From the human T2T-CHM13v2.0 reference genome, Homo sapiens, in the NCBI RefSeq assembly GCF_009914755.1, contig NC_060925.1: a stretch of DNA of 64,000 bases. The stretch is one strand, 5' to 3'. The stretch's first letter is position 1, and the number at the start of each line of letters is the position of its first letter. Positions 55,201 to 64,000 of the stretch are shown here, one piece after another. A program made the translations under genes and the position numbers. Below the pieces are notes generated by a model that was not told the origin of the DNA, searched no databases, and was given only the letters and a program-made list of their open reading frames with translations.

Positions 55201-57449
55201 AAAGCGGCTGAAATCTCCACTTGCAAATTCCACAAAAAGAATGTTTCAAGTCTGCTCTGTGTAAACGATCGTTCAACTCTGTGAGTTGAATACACACAAC
55301 ACAAGGAAGTTACTGAGAATTATTCTGTCTAGCATAATATGAAGAAATCCCGTTTCCAACGAAGGCCTCAAAGAGGTCTGAATATCCACTTGCAGACTTT
55401 ACAAACAGAGTGTTTCCTAACTGCTCTATGAAAAGAAAAGTTAAACTCTGTGATTTGAACGCACACATCACAAAGGAGTTTCTGAGAATCATTCTGTCTG
55501 GTCTTTATACGAAGATATTTCCTTTTCTACCATTGACCTCAAAGCGGCTGAAATCTCCACTTGCAAATTCCACAAAAAGAGTGTTTCAAGTCTGCTCTGT
55601 GTAAAGGATCGTTCAACTCTGTGAGTTGAATACACACAACACAAGGAAGTTACTGAGAATTCTTCTGTCTAGCAGAATATGAAGAAATCCCGTTTCCAAC
55701 GAAGGCCTCAAGGAGGTCTGAATATCCACTTGCAGACTTTACAAACAGAGTGTTTCCTAACTGCTCTATGAACAGAAAGGTTAAACTCTGTGAGTTGAAC
55801 GCACACATCACAAAGGAGTTTCTGAGAATCATTCTGTCTAGTCTTTATACGAAGATATTTACTTTTCTACCATTGACCTCAAAGCGGCTGAAATCTCCAC
55901 TTGCAAATGCCACAAAAAGAGTGTTTCAAGTCTGCTCTGTGTAAAGGATCATTCAACTCTGTGAGTTGAATAAACACAACACAAGGAAGTTACTGAGAAT
56001 TCTTCTGTCTAGCAGAATATGAAGAAATCCCGTTTCCAACGAAGGCCTCAAGGAGGTCTGATTATCCACTTGCAGACTTCACAAACAGAGTGTTTCCTAA
56101 CTGCTCTATGAAAAGAAAGGTTAAACTCTGTGAGTTGAACACACACATCACAAAGGAGTTTATGAGAATCATTCTGTCTAGTTTCTATAAGAAGATATTT
56201 CCTATTCTACCATTGACCTCAAAGCGGCTGAAATCTCCACTTGCAAATTCGACAAAAAGAGTGTTTCAAGCCTGCTCTCTGTAAAGGATCCTTCAACTCT
56301 GTGAGTAGAATACACACAACACAAGGAAGTTACTGAGAATTATTCTGTCTAGCATAATATGAAGAAATCCCGTTTCCAACGAAGGCCTCAAAGAGGTCTG
56401 AATATCCACTTGCACACTTTACAAACAGAGTGTTTTCTAACTGCTCTATGAGAAGAAAAGTTAAACTCTGTGAGTTGAACGCACACATCACAAAAGATTT
56501 TCTGAGAATCATTCTGTCTAGTCTTTATATGAAGATAGTTTCCTTTTCTACCATTGACCTCAAAGCGGCTGAAATCTCCACTTGCAAATTCCACAAAAAG
56601 AGTGTTTCAAGTCTGCTCTGTGTAAAGGATCGTTCAACTCTGTGAGTTGAATACACACAACACAAGGAAGTTACTGAGAATTCTTCTGTCTAGCAGAATA
56701 TGAAGAAATCCCGTTTCCAACGAAAGCCACAAGATGTCAGAATATCCACTTACAGACTTTACAAACAGAGTGTTTCCTAACTGCTCTATGAACAGAAAGG
56801 TTAAACTCTGTGAGTTGAACGAACACATCACAACGCAGTTTTTGGGAATGATTCTGTCTAGTTTTGAAACGAAGATATTTCCTTTTCCGCCATTGACCTT
56901 AAAGCGCTTGAAATCTACACTTGCAAATTGCACAAATAGAGTGTTTCAAATCTGCTCTGTCTAAGGGAACGTTCAACTCTGTGAGTTGAATGCACACAAC
57001 ACAAGGAAGTTACTGGGAATTCTTCTGTCTAGCCTTACATGAAAAAAACCCGTTTCCAACGAAGGCCTCTAAGTGGTCAAAATTTCCACGTGCAGACTTT
57101 ACAAACAGAGTGTTTCCAAACCGCTGAATGAAAAGAAAAGTTAAACTCTGAGAGTTGAACGCACACATCACGCAGCAGTTTCTGAGAATGATTCTGTCTA
57201 GTTTTTATACGAAGATATTTCCTTTTCTGCCTTTGGCCCCAAAGCGCTTGAAATCTCCACTTGCAAATTCCACAAAAACAGTGTTTCAAATCTGCTCTCT
57301 CTAAATGATAGTTCAACTCTGTCAGTTGAATACACACAACACAAGGAAGTTACTGAGAATTCTTCTGTCTAGCATAATGTGAAGAAATCCCGTTTCCAAC
57401 GAAGGCCTCAAAGGGGTCTGAATATCCACTTGCAGACTTTATAAACAGA
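49292..57449 (-). repeat. Three diverged 16-mer HOR variants (2720, 2720, 2718 bp)
   Basis: Anchors at 49292, 52012, 54732 and 57450. All three share 'gtgtaaacgatcg' (49828, 52548, 55266). The third has a 2 bp deletion 'cacaagagtt' at ~55135. Confidence 0.92.
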
Positions 57450-58468
57450 GTGTTTACTAACTGCTCTATGAAAAGAAAGGTTAAACTCTGTGAGTTGAAC
57501 ACACACATCACAAAGGAGTTTCTGAGAATCATTCTGTCTAGTTTTTCTACGAAGATATTTCCTTTTCTACTATTGACCTCAAAACGGCTGAAATCTCCAC
57601 TTGCAAATTCCACAAAAAGAGTGTTTCAAGTCTGCTCTGTGTAAAGGATCGTTCAACTCTGTGAGTTGAATACACACAACACAAGGAAGTTACTGAGAAT
57701 TCTTCTGTCTAGCAGAATATGAAGAAATCCCGTTTCCAACGAAGACCACAAGATGTCAAAATATCCACTTACAGACTTTACAAACAGAGTGTTTCCTAAC
57801 TGCTCTATGAACAGAAAGGTTAAACTCTGTGAGTTGAACGAACACATCACAACGCAGTTTGTGGGAATGATTCTGTCTAGTTTTGAAACGAAGATATTTC
57901 CTTTTCTGCCGTTGACCTTAAAGCGCTTGAAATCTACACTTGCAAATTGCACAAATAGAGTGTTTCAAATCTGCTCTGTCTAAGGGAACGTTCAACTCTG
58001 TGAGTTGAATGCACACAACACAAGGAAGTTACTGGGAATTCTTCTGTCTAGCCTTACATGAAAAAAACCCGTTTCCAACGAAGGCCTCTAAGTGGTCAAA
58101 ATATCCACGTGCAGACTTTACAAACAGAGTGTTTCCAAACCGCTGAATGAAAAGAAAAGTTAAACTCTGAGAGTTGAACGCACACATCACGCAGCAGTTT
58201 CTGAGAATGATTCTGTCTAGTTTTTATACGAAGATATTTCCTTTTCTGCCTTTGGCCCCAAAGCGCTTGAAATCTCCACTTGCAAATTCCACAAAAACAG
58301 TGTTTCAAATCTGCTCTCTCTAAATGAAAGTTCAACTCTGTCAGTTGAATACACACAACACAAGGAAGTTACTGAGAATTCTTCTGTCTAGCAGAATATG
58401 AAGAAATCCCGTTTCCAACGAAGGCCTCAAAGGGGTCTGAATATCCACTTGCAGACTTTACAAACAGA
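57450..58468 (-). repeat. Single 6-mer HOR (1019 bp) made only of the three distinctive dimers
   Basis: The anchor dimer at 57450 is followed directly by the 'ccacaagatgtc' dimer (~57746) and the 'ccttacatg' dimer (~58052), with no generic dimers between them. Confidence 0.88.
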
Positions 58469-60508
58469 GTGTTTCCTAACTGCTCTATGAAAAGAAAGGT
58501 TAAACTCTGTGAGTTGAACGCACACATCACAAAGGAGTTTCTGAGAATCGTTCTGTCTAGTTTCTATAGGAAGATATTTCCTATTCTACCATTGACCTCA
58601 AAGCGGCTGAAATCTCCACTTGCAAATTCCACAAAAAGAATGTTTCAAGTCTGCTCTGTGTAAAGGATCGTTCAACTCTGTGAGTTGAATACACACAACA
58701 CAAGGAAGTTACTGAGAATTCTTCTGTCTAGCATAATATGAAGAAATCCCGTTTCCAACGAAGGCCTCAAATAGGTCTGAATATCCACTTGCAGACTTTA
58801 CAAACAGAGTGTTTCCTAACTGCTCTGTGAAAAGAAAAGTTAAACTCTTTGAGTTGAACGCACACATCACAAAGGAGTTTCTGAGAATCATTCTGTCTAG
58901 TTTCTATAGGAAGATATTTCCTATTCTACCATTGACCTCAAAGCGGCTGAAATCTCCACTTGCAAATTCCACAAAAAGAGTGTTTCAAGTCTGCTCTGTG
59001 TAAAGGATCGTTCAACTCTGTGAGTTGAATACACACAACACAAGGAAGTTACTGAGAATTGTTCTGTCTAGCAGAATATGAAGAAATCCCGTTTCCAACG
59101 AAGGCCTCAAGGAGGTCTGAATATCCACTTGCAGACTTTACAAACAGAGTGTTTCCTAACTGCTCTATGAAAAGAAAGGTTAAACTCTGTGAGTTGAACG
59201 CACACATCACAAAGGAGTTCATGAGAATCATTTTGTCTAGGTTCTATAAGAAGATATTTCCTATTCTACCATTGACCTCAAAGCGGCTGAAATCTCCACT
59301 TGCAAATTCGACAAAAAGAGTGTTTCAAGCCTGCTCTCTCTAAAGGATCCTTCAACTCTGTGAGTTGAATACACACAACACAAGGAAGTTACTGAGAATT
59401 ATTCTGTCTAGCATAATATGAAGAAATCCCGTTTCCAACGAAGGCCTCAAAGAGGTCTGAATATCCACTTGCACACTTTACAAACAGAGTGTTTCCTAAC
59501 TGCTCTATGAGAAGAAAAGTTAAACTCTGTGAGTTGAACGCACACATCACAAAAGATTTTCTGAGAATCATTCTGTCTAGTCTTTATATGAAGATAGTTT
59601 CCTTTTCTACCATTGACCTCAAAGCGGCTGAAATCTCCACTTGCAAATTCCACAAAAAGAGTGTTTCAAGTCTGCTCTGTGTAAAGGATCGTTCATCTCT
59701 GTGAGTTGAATACACACAACACAAGGAAGTTACTGAGAATTCTTCTGTCTAGCAGAATATGAAAAAATCCCGTTTCCAACGAAGGCCACAAGATGTCAGA
59801 ATATCCACTTACAGACTTTACAAACAGAGTGTTTCCTAACTGCTCTATGAACAGAAAGGTTAAACTCTGTGAGTTGAACGAACACATCACAACGCAGTTT
59901 GTGGGAATGATTCTGTCTAGTTTTGAAACGAAGATATTTCCTTTTCTGCCGTTGACCTTAAAGCGCTTGAAATCTATACTTGCAAATTGCACAAATAGAG
60001 TGTTTCAAATCTGCTCTGTCTAAGGGAACGTTCAACTCTGTGAGTTGAATGCACACAACACAAGGAAGTTACTGGGAATTCTTCTGTCTAGCCTTACATG
60101 AAAAAAACCCGTTTCCAACGAAGGCCTCTAAGTGGTCAAAATTTCCACGTGCAGACTTTACAAACAGAGTGTTTCCAAACCGCTGAATGAAAAGAAAAGT
60201 TAAACTCTGAGAGTTGAACGCACACATCACGCAGCAGTTTCTGAGAATGATTCTGTCTAGTTTTTATACGAAGATATTTCCTTTTCTGCCTTTGGCCCCA
60301 AAGCGCTTGAAATCTCCACTTGCAAATTCCACAAAAACAGTGTTTCAAATCTGCTCTCTCTAAATGAAAGTTCAACTCTGTCAGTTGAATACACACAACA
60401 CAAGGAAGTTACTGAGAATTCTTCTGTCTAGCATAATATGAAGAAATCCCGTTTCCAACGAAGGCCTCAAAGGGGTCTGAATATCCACTTGCAGACTTTA
60501 TAAACAGA
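58469..60508 (-). repeat. 12-mer HOR variant (2040 bp), distinct in sequence from the expanded 2039 bp 12-mer
   Basis: Six dimers between the chimeric anchor at 58469 and the anchor at 60509. It lacks the block markers gtttctgagaaatat, gatacttcc and the A6 run. Confidence 0.85.
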
Positions 60509-63230
60509 GTGTTTACTAACTGCTCTATGAAAAGAAAGGTTAAACTCTGTGAGTTGAACACACACATCACAAAGGAGTTTCTGAGAATCATTCTGTCTAG
60601 TTTTTCTACGAAGATATTTCCTTTTCTACTATTGACCTCAAAGCGGCTGAAATCTCCACTTGCAAATTCCACAAAAGGAGTGTTTCAAGTCTGCTCTGTG
60701 TAAAGGATCGTTCAACTCTGTGAGTTGAATACACACAACACAAGGAAGTTACTGAGAATTCTTCTGTCTAGCAGAATATGAAGAAATCCCGTTTCCAACG
60801 AAGGCCTCAAAGAGGTCTGAATATCCACTTGCAGACTTTACAAACAGAGTGTTTCCTAACTGCTCTATGAAAAGAAAGGTTAAACTCTGTGAGTTGAACA
60901 CACACATCACAAAGGATTTTGTGGGAATCGTTCTGTCTAGTCTTTATACGAAGATAGTTTCCTTTTCTACCATTGACCTCAAAGCGGCTGAAATCTCCAC
61001 TTGCAAATTCCACAAAAGGAGTGTTTCAAGTCTGCTCTGTGTAAAGGATCGTTCATCTCTGTGAGTTGAATACACACAACACAAGGAAGTTACTGAGAAT
61101 TCTTCTGTCTAGCAGAATATGAAGAAATCCCGTTTCCAACGAAGGCTTCAAAGAGGTCTGAATATCCACTTGCAGACTTTACAAACAGAGTGTTTCCTAA
61201 CTGCTCTATGAAAAGAAAGTTTAAAATCTGTGAGTTGAACGCACACATCACAAAGGAGTTTCTGAGAATCATTCTGTCTAGTTTCTATAAGAAGATATTT
61301 CCTATTCTACCACTGACCTCAAAGCGGCTGAAATCTCCACTTGCAAATTCCACAAAAAGAGTGTTTCAAGTCTGCTCTGTGTAAAGGATCGTTTAACTCT
61401 GTGAGTTGAATACACACAACACAAGGAAGTTACTGAGAATTCTTCTGTCTAGCGGAATATGAAGAAATCCCGTTTCCAACGAAGGCCTCAAGGAGGTCTG
61501 AATATCCACTTGCAGACTTTACAAACAGAGTGTTTCCTAACTGCTCTATGAACAGAAAGGTTAAACTCTGTGAGTTGAACGCACACATCACAAAGGAGTT
61601 TCTGAGAATCATTCTGTCTAGTCTTTATACGAAGATATTTACTTTTCTACCATTGACCTCAAAGCGGCTGAAATCTCCACTTGCAAATTCCACAAAAAGA
61701 GTGTTTCAAGTCTGCTCTGTGTAAAGGATCATTCAACTCTGTGAGTTGAATAAACACAACACAAGGAAGTTACTGAGAATTCTTCTGTCTAGCAGAATAT
61801 GAAGAAATCCCGTTTCCAACGAAGGCCTCAAGGAGGTCTGAATATCCACTTGCAGACTTTACAAACAGAGTGTTTCCTAACTGCTCTATGAAAAGAAAGG
61901 TTAAACTCTGTGAGTTGAACACACACATCACAAAGGAGTTTATGAGAATCATTCTGTCTAGTTTCTATAAGAAGATATTTCCTATTCTACCATTGACCTC
62001 AAAGCGGCTGAAATCTCCACTTGCAAATTCGACAAACAGAGTGTTTCAAGCCTGCTCTCTGTAAAGGATCCTTCAACTCTGTGAGTTGAATACACACAAC
62101 ACAAGGAAGTTACTGAGAATTATTCTGTCTAGCAGAATATGAAGAAATCCCGTTTCCAACGAAGGCCTCAAAGAGGTCTGAATATCCACTTGCAGACTTT
62201 ACAAACAGAGTGTTTCCTAACTGCTCTATGAGAAGAAAAGTTAAACTCTGTGAGTTGAACGCACACATCACAAAAGATTTTCTGAGAATCATTCTGTCTA
62301 GTCTTTATATGAAGATAGTTTCCTTTTCTACCATTGACCTCAAAGCGGCTGAAATCTCCACTTGCAAATTCCACAAAAAGAGTGTTTCAAGTCTGCTCTG
62401 TGTAAAGGATCGTTCAACTCTGTGAGTTGAATACACACAACACAAGGAAGTTACTGAGAATTCTTCTGTCTAGCAGAATAGGAAGAAATCCCGTTTCCAA
62501 CGAAGGCCACAAGATGTCAGAATATCCACTTACAGACTTTACAAACAGAGTGTTTCCTAACTGCTCTATGAACAGAAAGGTTAAACTCTGTGAGTTGAAC
62601 GAACACATCACAACGCAGTTTGTGGGAATGATTCTGTCTAGTTTTGAAACGAAGATATTTCCTTTTCTGCCGTTGACCTTAAAGCGCTTGAAATCTACAC
62701 TTGCAAATTGCACAAATAGAGTGTTTCAAATCTGCTCTGTCTCAGGGAACGTTCAACTCTGTGAGTTGAATGCACACAACACAAGGAAGTTACTGGGAAT
62801 TCTTCTGTCTAGCCTTACATGAAAAAAAACCCGTTTCCAACGAAGGCCTCTAAGTGGTCAAAATATCCACGTGCAGACTTTACAAACAGAGTGTTTCCAA
62901 ACCGCTGAGTGAAAAGAAAAGTTAAACTCTGAGAGTTGAACGCACACATCACGCAGCAGTTTCTGAGAATGATTCTGTCTAGTTTTTATACGAAGATATT
63001 TCCTTTTCTGCCCTTGGCCCCAAAGCGCTTGAAATCTCCACTTGCATATTCCACAAAAACAGTGTTTCAAATCTGCTCTCTCTAAATGAAAGTTCAACTC
63101 TGTCAGTTGAATACACACAACACAAGGAAGTTACTGAGAATTCTTCTGTCTAGCAGAATATGAAGAAATCCCGTTTCCAACGAAGGCCTCAAAGGGGTCT
63201 GAATATCCACTTGCAGACTTTAAAAACAGA
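60509..63230 (-). repeat. 16-mer HOR variant (2722 bp)
   Basis: Anchors at 60509 and 63231. The extra 2 bp come from a second 'gatagtttcc' 1 bp insertion (~60957) and an A8 run at 62822-62829. Confidence 0.88.
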
Positions 63231-64000
63231 GTGTTTACTAACTGTTCTATGAAAAGAAAGGTTAAACTCTGTGAGCTGAACACACACATCACAAAGGAGT
63301 TTCTGAGAATCATTCTGCCTAGTTTTTCTACGAAGATATTTCCTTTTCTACTATTGACCTCAAAGCGGCTGAAATCTCCACTTGCAAATTCCACAGAAAG
63401 AGTGTTTCAAGTCTGCTCTGTGTAAAGGATCGTTCAACTCTGTGAGTTGAATACACACAACACAAGGAAGTTACTGAGAATTCTTCTGTCTAGCAGAATA
63501 TGAAGAAATCCCGTTTCCAACGAAGGCCTCAAAGAGGTCTGAATATCCACTTGCAGACTTTACAAACAGAGTGTTTCCTAACTGCTCTATGAAAAGAAAG
63601 GTTAAACTCTGTGAGTTGAACGCACACATCACAAAGGAGTTTCTGAGAATCATTCTGTCTAGTTTCTATAGGAAGATATTTCCTATTCTACCATTGACCT
63701 CAAAGCGGCTGAAATCTCCACTTGCAAATTCCACAAAAAGAGTGTTTCAAGTCTGCTCTGTGTAAAGGATCGTTCAACTCTGTGAGTTGAATACACACAA
63801 CACAAGGAAGTTACTGAGAATTCTTCTGTCTAGCAGAATATGAAGAAATCCGGTTTCCAACGAAGGCCTCAAGGAGGTCTGAATATCCACTTGCAGACTT
63901 TACAAACAGAGTGTTTCCTAACTGCTCTATGAACAGAAAGGTTAAACTCTGTGAGTTGAACGCACACACCACAAAAGAGTTTCTGAGAATCATTCTGTCT

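Larger units (their letters stand above)
1..64000 (-). repeat. Centromeric alpha satellite HOR array, SF1 dimeric (A/B monomer) type; likely D1Z7/D5Z2/D19Z3 (S1C1/5/19H1L)
   Basis: Seen: ~170 bp monomer and 340 bp dimer period (ORF starts 17, 357, 697...), tcccgtttccaacgaag once per dimer, EcoRI gaattc at dimer spacing, and no orientation switch or foreign insertion. Knowledge: matches the SF1 340 bp 'Cen1-like' dimer. Alpha satellite identity is near certain; the chr1/5/19 family assignment is ~0.8, and the individual chromosome cannot be determined by eye. Confidence 0.98.

Noticed and set aside
62427-62822. Longest ORF (131 aa)
   Set aside because: It is extended only by a point change that removes a stop (ctaagg > ctcagg); there is no domain or gene context.
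17-63993. Hundreds of 60-131 aa ORFs on both strands (MFPNCSM..., MILRNSF..., MEFASGDF...)
   Set aside because: They recur with the 340/2039 bp period, overlap in several frames, often start at non-ATG codons and are opened or closed by single repeat variants. They are translations of alpha satellite, not genes.
1-64000. CRISPR-like array or novel prokaryotic repeat system
   Set aside because: There are no unique spacers and no associated genes; the sequence between conserved motifs is itself repeated and carries canonical CENP-B boxes.
1-64000. L1/Alu insertion or inversion within the array
   Set aside because: Anchor spacings are all multiples of ~340 bp to within a few bases, every box is in the same orientation, and no poly-A tail or foreign sequence was seen.
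1-64000. Assignment to one specific chromosome or to the kinetochore site
   Set aside because: The family is shared by chr1, 5 and 19, and the kinetochore position is epigenetic; neither can be determined from this sequence by eye.

Overview
The whole 64 kb is uninterrupted human-type centromeric alpha satellite of suprachromosomal family 1. It is built from ~340 bp dimers (171+169 bp monomers) with a CENP-B box in every second monomer, 188 box positions in all, all in one orientation with the conventional reading on the - strand. The dimer sequence and the architecture of three distinctive dimers plus a variable number of generic dimers resemble the D1Z7/D5Z2/D19Z3 (S1C1/5/19H1L) active array shared by chr1, 5 and 19; this is from recognition, not a search. 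There are no genes, RNA genes, transposons or CRISPR arrays, and all listed ORFs are recurring by-products of the repeat. The main structure is a ~43 kb block of 21 nearly identical 2039 bp 12-mer higher-order repeats (HORs) at 4097-46915. It sits inside older, heterogeneous flanks made of 14-, 16-, 6- and 12-mer variants, and the extreme left and right ends are long-range paralogues. I find no new protein- or RNA-based system. What the window does offer is a readable record of satellite evolution: a recent expansion with a candidate founder, nested sub-duplications, chimeric dimers, and mappable crossovers beside CENP-B boxes. All comparisons were made by eye with help from the ORF track, so variant lists may be incomplete.
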